Shown in pieces: positions 27,191 to 36,891 of a stretch of 44,067 nucleotides of DNA (position 1 is the stretch's first letter; each line of letters starts with the position of its first letter). The stretch covers positions 1 to 44,067 of the forward strand of contig VBEU01000162.1 in NCBI GenBank assembly GCA_005883775.1, written 5' to 3'. The DNA comes from Chloroflexota bacterium. Lineage in GTDB: Bacteria > Chloroflexota > Limnocylindria > P2-11E. A program made the translations under genes and the position numbers. The notes beneath the pieces are model-generated. The model did not search any database, was not told the DNA's origin, and was given only the letters and a program-made list of their open reading frames with translations.

Positions 27191-28621
27191 TCAATCCGCG
27201 GCGTAGAGCGGGACGCAGTGAAAACCGGCGATCGCCGCGCCCAGCGTCAGGTTCCCGGCGTACGGCTCTCTGAAGCAGCGGGCGTAAGCCCGATCCCGCT
27301 CGGCGTACGGAACGACGACGCGCAGCACGAAGCCGGTCGGACACGTCGGCCGATCGCAGGCGATCTGCGGATCGAGGCTCGCCGTCCGTCCGACCTCGAT
27401 CGGATGGAGTCCAGCGGCCTCGAGATCCTGCTTCGCGAGCTGCTCCCAGCCGGCGGGTGCGGTCCCATCGCGCCGCGTTGCCCAGGGCTCGAAGCTGGAC
27501 TCGCCGTAATAGAGAGTCACCGTCGGGTGTCCCGGATGGGGGTCGATACGGCAGCGGAACAGCTCCAGCCTCGAGGGGCCACGGCCCCCGAGGCGCACGT
27601 CCGCGAACAGGTCGCCTCCCTCTGCGAACTCGGAATCGACCCGCAGGGCCGGGACCGCAGGGCCGGCCGTCTGGCCGTCCAGCGTCTCGAGCTCGGCGGT
27701 CGAGTCGAAGGGGATCAGCTCGTTCGGCGAGAGGAGCGGGAGACGTCCATCCGGCGTCCAGACGAGGACGCCTCCGGTGAACGGGATCGGCGCCGACAGG
27801 ACGCGGCCGTCCTCGAGCTGGAGGTCTCGATGGTCGAGGTAAGAGGCGAAGACCGCGTGCCCGCGCGGGGACGGCTCGGCCCACCACGCGCCGATCAGGG
27901 CCCGAGACGTCGCGCCCCGCGTGTCGACCACGTAGATCTCAGTTGGAGCCGACTCGCGGCCGGGCCGCTGGTCGTAGAACGACATGACCGCACGTTCGCC
28001 GTCGCCGCTGTACCGAACCTCGACGTAGACCCCGGCGAGCGTCCGCGGCGCATCGATGACGCGCGACTCGCGGTCGTCGGCCCAGACCCGGAGCTCATTC
28101 CCGCGCCAGAAGAGGAGCTCCTCGCCCCGCCAGCCGAATGGTGTCGCGCTAACGTCTTCGATGCGGGCGAGCTCGCGCTTCGCCGCCACGTCGAACACGA
28201 TCAGCTCGGTCGCCCGCGCGTTGGCCTCGGGACGTGGCGCCCGGTACGCGATGCGGGAACCGCTGCCAGAAAACCGCGGATCCGTGCCCGCCGCTAGATC
28301 GGTGGGTTCGAGGTTCGACAGCGACATCATGAGCACCCGCTGCTCGTCCGCCACGTACGGCCCCATGCGGTGATAGACGCGTGCGCCGAGGACGAAGACG
28401 GTTCCGTCGGGGGACCGATCGAACGAGACGGTCTCCATGTCGGTGTTCGGGAGCGTGACCGGGATCGCCTGATCGCACGTCTTCGCCACAACTGTCGCCG
28501 GAGCTTCGGACGCGACCGGTCGGGCCACCGGTGCCGCGACCGGCGCCGCCGATCCGATGGGAAGGAGCGCGCCGGCCGTGCCGATGAGAAGACCCGCGAG
28601 CACGGCGGAGACGCGCTTCAC
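27191..28621 (-). CDS. Secreted hypothetical protein with TolB/PD40-like propeller repeats and a Cys-containing C-terminal domain
   Basis: Signal-like MKRVSAVLAGLLIG, SPDG/FSGSG/YSGDG/WTPDG repeats, C-terminal CDRPTCPTG. GTG start 4 nt after the tkt stop. Confidence 0.65.
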   Translation of the reverse strand: MKRVSAVLAGLLIGTAGALLPIGSAAPVAAPVARPVASEAPATVVAKTCDQAIPVTLPNTDMETVSFDRSPDGTVFVLGARVYHRMGPYVADEQRVLMMSLSNLEPTDLAAGTDPRFSGSGSRIAYRAPRPEANARATELIVFDVAAKRELARIEDVSATPFGWRGEELLFWRGNELRVWADDRESRVIDAPRTLAGVYVEVRYSGDGERAVMSFYDQRPGRESAPTEIYVVDTRGATSRALIGAWWAEPSPRGHAVFASYLDHRDLQLEDGRVLSAPIPFTGGVLVWTPDGRLPLLSPNELIPFDSTAELETLDGQTAGPAVPALRVDSEFAEGGDLFADVRLGGRGPSRLELFRCRIDPHPGHPTVTLYYGESSFEPWATRRDGTAPAGWEQLAKQDLEAAGLHPIEVGRTASLDPQIACDRPTCPTGFVLRVVVPYAERDRAYARCFREPYAGNLTLGAAIAGFHCVPLYAAD

Positions 28622-28625
28622 GTGA

Positions 28626-30491
28626 CTACCCGAGGAGCGCTTTGACCGCGCGGACGATGTGCACCGTGCTGATGCCGGCATCGTCGAGCATCTCGGCGGG
28701 CTTGCCCGAACCGGGCATCTTGCGCACCGCGAGGTGGCGGTAGCGCAGATCGCGGAAGCCGCGATCCGCGAGGGCCGCCAGCACGGCGTCGCCAATGCCG
28801 CCCTCGACCCAGTGATCCTCGACGACGACGATGCGCCCACCAGTGGCGCGCGCCGCATCGGCGAGAGTCTCCGCATCGATCGGCTTCACGGTGTAGAGGT
28901 CGATGACCCGGACGGGGATGTCCTCATGGGCCAGCACGTCGACCGCCTTCAGCGCTTCGTGCAGGGTGATGCCGGCCGCGACGATCGTCGCGCGATCCTT
29001 GCTCGAGCCGCCGCGGACGACCTTGCTGCCACCGATCGGAAAGCTCTCGCCCTTGTCGTAGACGATCGCGGTCTTCTCGCGCGTCGTCCTCATATATGTG
29101 ATCCCCTCGCGATCCGCCATCTGCGCGACGAGCTTGGCCGTCTGATTCCCGTCGGAGGGATAGAGCACCGTGCTGCCATGGACCGCGCGCATCATCGCCA
29201 GATCCTCGAGACCCATCTGCGATGGACCGTCCTCGCCGATCGACACGCCGGCGTGCGATCCGACCAGGCGGATCTGGGCACGCGAGATCGCGGCCATCCG
29301 GATGAAGTCGTATGCACGCGTGAAGAAGGCGGCGAAGGTGGAAGCGAACGGGACCAGGTCCACGACCTGCATGCCCACGGCCGCCGCGACCATCTGTTGC
29401 TCGGCGATGTACATCTCGAAGAAACGCTCCGGCGCGGTCTTCTTGAAATCTTCGGCGTGCGTCGAGTTCGAGACTTCGGCGTCGAGGACGACGACGTCCT
29501 TGCGCGCAGCCCCGAGCGCTGCGAGCGCCTCGCCGTACGCCTTTCGCGTCGCGATGGGCTCGGTGTACGTCTTGAGCGCGAGCGACCCGGTCCGCTGCAT
29601 CGACGGCCGGTCCCAGCGCTCGGGCTTGGCGACGGGGAACGTGCGCGAGCGTGTCTCGCCACCGAGCTCCGCGATCGCCTCTTTTGCCTGCTCGGCGTCC
29701 AGCGCTTTCCCGTGCCAGCCTTCCTTGTTCTCGAGGAACGAGACGCCCTTGCCCTTCACCGTGCGAGCCAGGATCGCGGTAGGCCGAGCAGCGTCGCGAG
29801 CGCGGGCGTACGCGTCGTCGATCTCGGTGGCGTCGTGACCGTCGATCACGATCGGGTCGATCCCGAACGCGCGGACCCGCGCCGCATAGGTGCCCATGTC
29901 CCACTCGAGCTCGGTGGGTCCGCGCTGGCCGAGCCGATTCACGTCGATGATCGCGGTCAGGTTCGCGAGCCCTTCGTGGCCGGCGTGGTCGAAGGCCTCC
30001 CAGATCGAGCCCTCCGCGGTCTCGCTGTCACCGACGAGGACCCACACGTGGAACGGTGCCCCGAGCACGCGCTTTCCGGCGAGGGCGACGCCGACGCCGA
30101 TCGGCAGGCCCTGACCTAGCGAGCCCGTCGCCACGTCGACCCAGGGAAGGATCGGTGTGGGATGCCCCTCGAGACGGCTGCCGAGCCTCCGGAACGTCAT
30201 GAGCTCGTCGTCGGTGATCGCGCCCGCGGCCTTGAACATCGCGTACACGAGCGGCGACGCGTGGCCCTTGGAGAAGATGAGGTGATCATTCGCGGGGTTG
30301 TCGGGCTGCCCGAAGTCGTAACGCAGGTGACCGCCGAGCAGGACCGCGATCAGATCGGCGGCCGAGAGCGACGATGTGGGATGGCCGGACCCCGCTGCGG
30401 TGGAGCAGCGGATGCTGTCGATCCGAAGCTGCCGTGCGAGGTCGCGGTACGTTTCCAGCTTGGATCCGACCTCGGTCGCGGTGGTGCTCAC
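28626..30491 (-). CDS. tkt: Transketolase
   Basis: SGHPTSS, SKGHA, LEGHP, ATGSLGQG, GDSETAEGSIWEA, IAEQ, GEDGPSQM. Confidence 0.96.
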   Translation of the reverse strand: MSTTATEVGSKLETYRDLARQLRIDSIRCSTAAGSGHPTSSLSAADLIAVLLGGHLRYDFGQPDNPANDHLIFSKGHASPLVYAMFKAAGAITDDELMTFRRLGSRLEGHPTPILPWVDVATGSLGQGLPIGVGVALAGKRVLGAPFHVWVLVGDSETAEGSIWEAFDHAGHEGLANLTAIIDVNRLGQRGPTELEWDMGTYAARVRAFGIDPIVIDGHDATEIDDAYARARDAARPTAILARTVKGKGVSFLENKEGWHGKALDAEQAKEAIAELGGETRSRTFPVAKPERWDRPSMQRTGSLALKTYTEPIATRKAYGEALAALGAARKDVVVLDAEVSNSTHAEDFKKTAPERFFEMYIAEQQMVAAAVGMQVVDLVPFASTFAAFFTRAYDFIRMAAISRAQIRLVGSHAGVSIGEDGPSQMGLEDLAMMRAVHGSTVLYPSDGNQTAKLVAQMADREGITYMRTTREKTAIVYDKGESFPIGGSKVVRGGSSKDRATIVAAGITLHEALKAVDVLAHEDIPVRVIDLYTVKPIDAETLADAARATGGRIVVVEDHWVEGGIGDAVLAALADRGFRDLRYRHLAVRKMPGSGKPAEMLDDAGISTVHIVRAVKALLG

Positions 30492-30530
30492 GGACTGAGG
30501 TTACGCCTCCGCTCGAGGTAGCCGTTCATG

Positions 30531-31175
30531 TCAGCGCCTGGCCGCGCCGAGGAGGATCGGCCATGCGCCATCGGTCCAGCTGCCGTCACGCACGGTGCCG
30601 ATATCGGCCCCGCCCCACGCCGTGTAGGTGCAGGTGATGCCGCTACCACCAAAGGCGGTCACGCGCTCCACCGCATACAACCGCCGACGCTCGGCCGTGA
30701 ACCAGCACCGCGATCGCGCGCACTCGAGACCCGACTCGCAGACCGGGGCGTTCGCGGCATCGGCCGGCGCGACGGCCAGCGCAAGCGCCGCACCGATGGC
30801 TCCGACGATGACCACGATGGTCACGAGCACGACGGTCGCGCGGTGCAAACCGAGGCGACGCCGAAACGCGGCACCGAACAGGGCGCCCGCGACCGCAGGC
30901 ACAAAAAGCCAGGACGCCGAAACAAAAAGGCCGACGTACGCGCTCGGGGCGATCGCGAACCGTCCCAGCACCAAAAGTGCGGTGGCGAGCATGAGCGCGC
31001 CGAAGGCCGCCGCCGTCAACGACCCGCGAGAGCTCGATGGATCGACCGAGAGACCGACCGAGATGCCGCCCGCGACGATCACGAGGAGCGCCCAAGGGAA
31101 ATAGAGCGGTGGGAACACAAGGAGCACACCGAAGAGCGCAAGACCGAGGACAGCCGCCACGACGAGAGACACCAC
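30531..31175 (-). CDS. Hypothetical multi-pass membrane protein with a Cys-containing C-terminal extracellular domain
   Basis: About 5 hydrophobic segments, then PVCESGLECARSRC...TCTY. Start uncertain (GTG 31175 or 31172). Confidence 0.6.
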   Translation of the reverse strand: MVSLVVAAVLGLALFGVLLVFPPLYFPWALLVIVAGGISVGLSVDPSSSRGSLTAAAFGALMLATALLVLGRFAIAPSAYVGLFVSASWLFVPAVAGALFGAAFRRRLGLHRATVVLVTIVVIVGAIGAALALAVAPADAANAPVCESGLECARSRCWFTAERRRLYAVERVTAFGGSGITCTYTAWGGADIGTVRDGSWTDGAWPILLGAARR

Positions 31176-31229
31176 ACCGAGAGCGTGGCATATCGTCTGG
31201 CCGACACGCCAAAAGCGAGGGATCAAGCG

Positions 31230-32129
31230 ATGGATATCGGTCTCTACGGACTCGGGCGGATGGGCGGGAACATGGTGACCCGGCTCGCGCGCGGCGGGCA
31301 TCGCGTGATCGCCGGGAACCGCAGCCCCGAGCCGGTGCAGGAGGCGTCGAAGCATGGCGCCGTCGCGGCGAGCTCGATCGAGGACATGGCGAAGAAGCTC
31401 AAACCACCGCGTGTCCTCTGGGCGATGGTCCCAGCGGGCGACGTTACCGACCACACGCTCGACGAATTCGCCCGGTACGCATCTGCCGGCGACGTGCTCG
31501 TCGACGGAGGCAACAGCTACTTCCGCGACTCGATGCGGCGCGCGGAGAAATACGCCGGAATGGGATTCCGCTTCCTCGACGTTGGCGTCTCGGGCGGGAT
31601 CTGGGGGCTCGAGAACGGCTACTGCATGATGGTCGGCGGTCCCGCCGACGGGGTCGCCATCGCCAAGCCGGCGCTCGATACTCTCGCGCCGCCGAACGGG
31701 TGGTCGCACTTCGGGAAAAATGGCGCGGGCCACTTCGTCAAGATGGTCCACAACGGGATCGAGTACGGAATGATGCAGGCGTACGGCGAAGGGTTCGAGC
31801 TGCTGCACGCGAGCGAGTTCGAGCTCGATCTCCGCAAGGTCTCCACCGTCTGGCTTCAAGGAAGCGTCGTCCGCTCCTGGCTCCTCGAGCTCGCCGAGCG
31901 CGCCTTCGAACAGGAGGGCAGCGACCTGAAGAACATCAAAGGCTGGGTCGAGGATTCGGGTGAGGGTCGCTGGACCGTGCTCGAGGCCGTGACGCACGGT
32001 GTCCCGATGACGGCCATCTCCCATTCGCTCTTCGCGCGCTTCGTCTCGCGGCAGGAGGACAGCTACGCGATGAAGGTCGCGGCCGCGCTTCGCAATCAGT
32101 TCGGCGGTCACGCCGTTAAGAAGGAATAG
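31230..32129 (+). CDS. gnd: 6-phosphogluconate dehydrogenase, decarboxylating (short YqeC-type)
   Basis: GLGRMGGNM, DGGNS, DVGVSGG, GHFVKMVHNGIEYG, DSGEGRW, RNQFGGH; GAGGG RBS. Confidence 0.95.
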   Translation: MDIGLYGLGRMGGNMVTRLARGGHRVIAGNRSPEPVQEASKHGAVAASSIEDMAKKLKPPRVLWAMVPAGDVTDHTLDEFARYASAGDVLVDGGNSYFRDSMRRAEKYAGMGFRFLDVGVSGGIWGLENGYCMMVGGPADGVAIAKPALDTLAPPNGWSHFGKNGAGHFVKMVHNGIEYGMMQAYGEGFELLHASEFELDLRKVSTVWLQGSVVRSWLLELAERAFEQEGSDLKNIKGWVEDSGEGRWTVLEAVTHGVPMTAISHSLFARFVSRQEDSYAMKVAAALRNQFGGHAVKKE

Positions 32130-32134
32130 GCGAC

Positions 32135-33664
32135 CTGGCCACCTCGACACTCAATCCGCTCCGCGAAGGGCTGCGGCTCTCACGCATCCCCGAACCTTCG
32201 ACGATCGTGATCTTCGGCGGCTCCGGCGATCTCGCCCAGCGCAAGCTTATCCCGGCGCTGTACAACCTCGCGCTGCAGCGGCTGCTCCCCGCGACGTTCT
32301 CCATCGTGGGCACGGCACGCAAGCCCCTGAGCCACGAGGAGTACCGCGAGGAGCTGCACAAAGCCGTGGCGCAATACAGCCGGACGAGGCCCTTGAACGA
32401 GGAGGTCTGGCGGAGCTTCGCCGAACACCTGCATTTCGTCACGACCTCGGACGATGCCGGCTATGAAGAGCTTCGACGCACGCTCGAGCAGCTCGACTTC
32501 GCGCTTGGCACGCACGCCAACCGGCTCTTCTATCTCGCGACACCACCGCCCGCGTACAAGGCGATCGTCGAAGCGATCGGCGAGCACCGCCTCCGTGGAG
32601 ACACCGGCTGGGCGCGCATCGTCGTCGAGAAGCCGTTCGGACACGACCGCGCGTCCGCCCTCGAGCTCAACGAGATCGTGCATACCGTCTTCCGCGAGGA
32701 CGAGGTCTTCCGCATCGATCACTACCTCGGCAAGGAGACCGTTCAGAACATCCTGGTGATGCGTTTCTCGAACGGGATCTTTGAGCCGATCTGGAACCGG
32801 CAGTACGTTGACCACGTCCAGATCACGGTCGCGGAGACGATCGGCGTCGGGGAGCGGGCGGGTTACTACGAGCAGGCCGGTGCGATGCGCGACATCGTCC
32901 AGAACCACCTGCTTCAGCTCCTCGCGCTCGTCTCGATGGAGCCGCCGGCCGCGTTCGACGACAAGGCCGTCCGCGACGAGAAGGTCAAGGTGATGCGCGC
33001 GCTGCGGCGGATCGCGGGCGAGGATCTGTCGATGAACGCCGTGCGCGGGCAATACACGCGCGGCTTCATCGAGGGCACGCCCGTCCCGGGATACCGCGAG
33101 GAGCCTGGCGTGGCAGCCGATTCGCGCACCGATACCTACGTGGCGCTCAAGCTCTGGGTCGACAACTGGCGCTGGGAAGGCATCCCGTTCTACGTCCGCA
33201 CCGGGAAGCGACTTCCGAAACAGTCGACCGAGATCGCGATCCAGTTCCGCGCCGCGCCGCACCAGCTCTTCTCCCGCGATGCTCTCGCGGGCCTCGAACC
33301 GAACGCGCTCGTGTTGCGTATCCAGCCGGACGAAGGCATCTCGCTGCGGTTCGGCGCGAAGGTCCCGGTGCAGGGGATCCGCATCCGCGCGGTGAACATG
33401 GACTTCGACTACGGCGCCTCCTTCATGGTCGACGCTCCGGACGCGTACGAGACGCTCATCCTCGACGCGCTCCGCGGCGACGCAACGCTCTTCACGCGAC
33501 ACGACGAGGTTGACCAGCAATGGGCGTTCGTTGACCCCATCATCAAGGGCTGGGCATCGAGCGACTCGGCCGAGGGGCCGGCCCTTTACGAAGCCGGGAC
33601 GTGGGGACCCACCGAGGCGGACGCTCTCATCGAGCGGGATGGACGAAAATGGCGGAAGGCGTAG
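32135..33664 (+). CDS. zwf: Glucose-6-phosphate 1-dehydrogenase
   Basis: IFGGSGDLA, EKPFG, RIDHYLGKE, RTGKRL. The N-terminal NPLREGL segment implies a start at CTG 32135 rather than GTG 32207. Confidence 0.95.
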   Translation: MATSTLNPLREGLRLSRIPEPSTIVIFGGSGDLAQRKLIPALYNLALQRLLPATFSIVGTARKPLSHEEYREELHKAVAQYSRTRPLNEEVWRSFAEHLHFVTTSDDAGYEELRRTLEQLDFALGTHANRLFYLATPPPAYKAIVEAIGEHRLRGDTGWARIVVEKPFGHDRASALELNEIVHTVFREDEVFRIDHYLGKETVQNILVMRFSNGIFEPIWNRQYVDHVQITVAETIGVGERAGYYEQAGAMRDIVQNHLLQLLALVSMEPPAAFDDKAVRDEKVKVMRALRRIAGEDLSMNAVRGQYTRGFIEGTPVPGYREEPGVAADSRTDTYVALKLWVDNWRWEGIPFYVRTGKRLPKQSTEIAIQFRAAPHQLFSRDALAGLEPNALVLRIQPDEGISLRFGAKVPVQGIRIRAVNMDFDYGASFMVDAPDAYETLILDALRGDATLFTRHDEVDQQWAFVDPIIKGWASSDSAEGPALYEAGTWGPTEADALIERDGRKWRKA

Positions 33665-34803
33665 TGATCGACACGACGTTCTGGGGAACGCGCCAGAGTG
33701 GCGTCGCGGCGCTCGAGCGCGAGCTCACGCGGCTCCGCCGGGCGCAGAGCGCGCATGCGCGCGAGCTCGGGCGACCGATCGCGCGCGCGTCGGTTCTGAA
33801 TCTCATCGTGTACGCCGACCGCGAGGAGCACGCACGCCGCGCCGCACGGAGCATCGCCGACCTCGCGCTCCGTCATCCGTCGCGCGCGATCGTCGTGCTC
33901 GCGGACCGCGGTGCACGAGACGGCACCCAGAAGCGCATCGAGATGCACTGCCGGCTCCCGATCGCGGACGGCGCGCGGCTCGTCTGCTACGAACAGATCC
34001 TCGTCCGCGCGAGGGGGGACGCCGACGATCGCCTGGCCTCCGCGGTGATCCCGCTTCTCGTTCCCGATCTCCCGGTCTTCCTCTGGTGGACTGGGACGCC
34101 GCCGCTCGGCTCGCGCTCGTTCGGAGATCTGCTGCGGCTCACGGACCGCCTCGTGGTCGACTCCGCGGACTTCGCTCGTCCCGAAGTGACGTTGCCGGTC
34201 ATCGCGCGCATCTCGGATGAGGCCCGCGGGCGCTTCGGACTGACGGACCTCAATTGGACGCGGCTCACACCGTGGCGCGAGATCGCGACAGCGTTCTTCG
34301 ACGTTCCCGCCTGGCGGCTCTTTCTGGACGGTGTCACCGGCGTCAGTGTCGGTTTTGCCGTGGACATGGACGGTCGTGACATACATCCTTCGCAGGCGTT
34401 GCTCTTCGTGGGATGGCTGGCGTCGCGTCTCGGCTGGCGACCGCTCGAGGCGCTCGCGCCGTCGGAGGCCGGCGGACTCCTGTTCGCGATCGCGCGTCCC
34501 GATGGTGCGCGGATCATGGTGCGCGTGCGTCCGCGATTCGAGCGCGGGCTCGACGAGGGAGATGTCTCAGGTATACGCATCAAGGCGACCGCCGCGCGAC
34601 AGCTCGCCGAATTCGCCGTGAAGCGCCAGCCCGATCCGCGACATCAGACCGCCACCGTCCTGCTGGACGGCGAGCGGCGGTGGGAGCGCACCATGCCGCT
34701 TCCATCGCCGGCCATCGTCGAGCTCATCGGCGAGGAGCTCTCGATCCTCGGAAGCGACCGTACGTATGAGGCGGCACTCGGCGCCCTCGTCGAGCTCGCC
34801 TAG
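33649..34803 (+). CDS. opcA: Glucose-6-phosphate dehydrogenase assembly protein OpcA
   Basis: HPSRAI, PLLVPDLPVFLWW, VVDS, DLNWTRLTPWR, GWLASRLGW; directly after zwf. Confidence 0.92.
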   Translation: MAEGVVIDTTFWGTRQSGVAALERELTRLRRAQSAHARELGRPIARASVLNLIVYADREEHARRAARSIADLALRHPSRAIVVLADRGARDGTQKRIEMHCRLPIADGARLVCYEQILVRARGDADDRLASAVIPLLVPDLPVFLWWTGTPPLGSRSFGDLLRLTDRLVVDSADFARPEVTLPVIARISDEARGRFGLTDLNWTRLTPWREIATAFFDVPAWRLFLDGVTGVSVGFAVDMDGRDIHPSQALLFVGWLASRLGWRPLEALAPSEAGGLLFAIARPDGARIMVRVRPRFERGLDEGDVSGIRIKATAARQLAEFAVKRQPDPRHQTATVLLDGERRWERTMPLPSPAIVELIGEELSILGSDRTYEAALGALVELA

Positions 34804-34837
34804 TGGGTTAGCACACAAGTTGCGGACAGGCGATGAG

Positions 34838-36091
34838 ATGGCCAGCGAAAAGAGCGCCGACCTTCGTGCGCCCGCCGCGGCGCGACTGCTCGCCAAGCGC
34901 TATCGACTCATCGAGAGGATCGACGAGGGCGGCGCAGGCGAGGTGTGGCGGGCGCGCGACGAGAAGCTGGATCGCGATGTCGCGATAAAGCTCCTCGGGC
35001 CCGACGCGGACGATGCCTTCCGCGCGCGTTTCGCCGATGAGGCGCGCCGCGCGGCGGCGGTCGTCCATCCGAACGTCGTCATGGTGTTCGACGAAGGCCG
35101 CGACGGCGCGGACGCGTTCATGGTCATGGAGCTCGTGCCGGGCAAGACCCTTCGCGAGATCGTCGCCGAGCGCGGACCATTGCCCGCGCACGAGGTGGCT
35201 CGCCTCATCAGGCAGGTCGCCGCGGCCCTTGACGCGGCGCACGCGGCGGGCGTGATCCACTGCGACGTGAAGCCCGCGAACGTCATCGTCGATCGCGAGG
35301 GCGCCGCAAAGCTCACCGACTTCGGGATCGCGCGCGCCGCGCGCGATCGCGACGAGCAGGAGCTGCTGGGCACCGCGCGGTATATCGCGCCGGAGCGCGT
35401 CGAGGGTGGACCGGTCACCGCGCGGACCGACGTGTACGGCCTCGGTCTCGTCGCGTACGAGCTCCTCACCGGAAGACCGGCGTTCGATGGCGCGACGAGC
35501 GAGGAGCTCGTACGAGAGCGGCTGGTCGGGTCCCCACCGTCGCTTCGGCTCGCGCGCGTCGGTATCGACGACAGGCTCGATGCCATCGTCGGACGCGCGC
35601 TCGCGACGCTGCCGGACCGCCGCTACGCGAGCGCGGGCGCGTTCGCGCGCGCGTTCTCGGATGTTGCCGACCGCGACACCGATCCCACCTCGTCGCTCAA
35701 GCCAAGCGGCGCGACGCGGAGCACCCGCGGTTGGATGTTCCCGCGCTTTGACAGCAGCGTTGCGATCCTCGCGGTCCTCGCCATCCTCTTCGCGCTGTTC
35801 CTGTTCTTCTCGTCGTTCCCGCGGGGCACGCAGCCGAGCGGTCCCGCTTCGGCGGCACCGAGCGCTGCTGGAGCACAGACCCCGAACGTCGTCGGCAAGA
35901 GGCTCGGCGATGCGGTCGGCATTTTGCAAGCGGCCGGGTTCGCGCGGGTCGCGTGGGACGTCGGCCAGGGGCCCGGCGCGGCCTGCGCCGTGATCCGGCA
36001 AGACCCCGCGGCCAACACCGCGATCGCTCGCGGCGCGACGGCGACGCTCTTTTACGTGGCGGGGAAGGACTGCACGAAGAAGGGAGACTAG
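34838..36091 (+). CDS. Hanks-type Ser/Thr protein kinase with TM helix and a single PASTA domain
   Basis: VAIK, HCDVKPAN, DFGIA, YIAPE, DVYGLG; TM helix; PNVVGKRLGDA...VIRQDPAA PASTA pattern. Confidence 0.9.
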   Translation: MASEKSADLRAPAAARLLAKRYRLIERIDEGGAGEVWRARDEKLDRDVAIKLLGPDADDAFRARFADEARRAAAVVHPNVVMVFDEGRDGADAFMVMELVPGKTLREIVAERGPLPAHEVARLIRQVAAALDAAHAAGVIHCDVKPANVIVDREGAAKLTDFGIARAARDRDEQELLGTARYIAPERVEGGPVTARTDVYGLGLVAYELLTGRPAFDGATSEELVRERLVGSPPSLRLARVGIDDRLDAIVGRALATLPDRRYASAGAFARAFSDVADRDTDPTSSLKPSGATRSTRGWMFPRFDSSVAILAVLAILFALFLFFSSFPRGTQPSGPASAAPSAAGAQTPNVVGKRLGDAVGILQAAGFARVAWDVGQGPGAACAVIRQDPAANTAIARGATATLFYVAGKDCTKKGD

Positions 36092-36093
36092 GG

Positions 36094-36891
36094 CTGGGAG
36101 CGCAGACGGCGGCACGTACCGACACGGGTCGCGTTCGCGAGAACAACGAAGACCGCTATCTCGTCCGCGAGGGAGGCAAGACGACGCTCCTCGCGGTGGC
36201 CGACGGCGTGGGCGGCGAGGCCGGCGGAGAGATGGCCAGCGCTGCGGCGATCGACGCTCTCGCGGAGAGCTTTTTCGGCGCACAAGCGGGCTCGATGGCA
36301 CCGGCGGAGGCGCTCGCAGCCGCGATCCGTGGCGCGAACGACGCCGTCCTCGGGGCCGCCGGCAAGAGCGGCCAGCCGGGCGCGGCATCGACGTTGGTGG
36401 CGGCGGCGATCGACGGGAGCTCTGCGGTGATCGGAAACCTCGGCGATAGCCGCGCCTATCTGCTACGCGGGGGCGATATCCGCCTCGTCACCTCCGATCA
36501 CGCCGGCGAGTTGCAGAGCTCGATCACGAGATTCGTCGGGGATCCGCGCGGCGTGCAGCCCGACGTGTTCCTCGAGGCACTCCGGCCCGGCGACCGGCTC
36601 CTGCTCTGCTCCGACGGGCTCACGCGACACGTCCCCGACGGGGAGATCGCATCGACCGTGCGACGCGCGGACCTCGATCGCGCGGCGACCGCGCTCATCG
36701 ATCTCGCGAAATCGCGTGGCGGCGAGGACAACATCACCGTGGTGCTCTACGCGGCGCGCCGCGCGTTCGGTCTCGCGGACCTGCGGCACGACCTCGTGAA
36801 CCTCATCCTCGCGCTCCTGGTCGCGGTCGTCGTGATCGGAGCCGTCGCCGCCCTCGTCTTCGCTAACGGCGTGTACCCGATCGCACGGTAG
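36094..36891 (+). CDS. PP2C/PPM-family Ser/Thr phosphatase with C-terminal TM helix
   Basis: GRVRENNED, VADGVGG, NLGDSRAY, LCSDGL, GGEDNIT. Best start is CTG 36094 after GGAG. Confidence 0.88.
   Translation: MGAQTAARTDTGRVRENNEDRYLVREGGKTTLLAVADGVGGEAGGEMASAAAIDALAESFFGAQAGSMAPAEALAAAIRGANDAVLGAAGKSGQPGAASTLVAAAIDGSSAVIGNLGDSRAYLLRGGDIRLVTSDHAGELQSSITRFVGDPRGVQPDVFLEALRPGDRLLLCSDGLTRHVPDGEIASTVRRADLDRAATALIDLAKSRGGEDNITVVLYAARRAFGLADLRHDLVNLILALLVAVVVIGAVAALVFANGVYPIAR

Noticed and set aside
31186..31201. TGGCATATCGTCTGGC as a sigma54 promoter for gnd
   Set aside because: The spacing gives GG rather than GC at the -12 position.
30528..31229. Apparent 234-aa N-terminal extension of gnd
   Set aside because: It is antisense to a plausible membrane-protein gene, and gnd has its own RBS and ATG at 31230.
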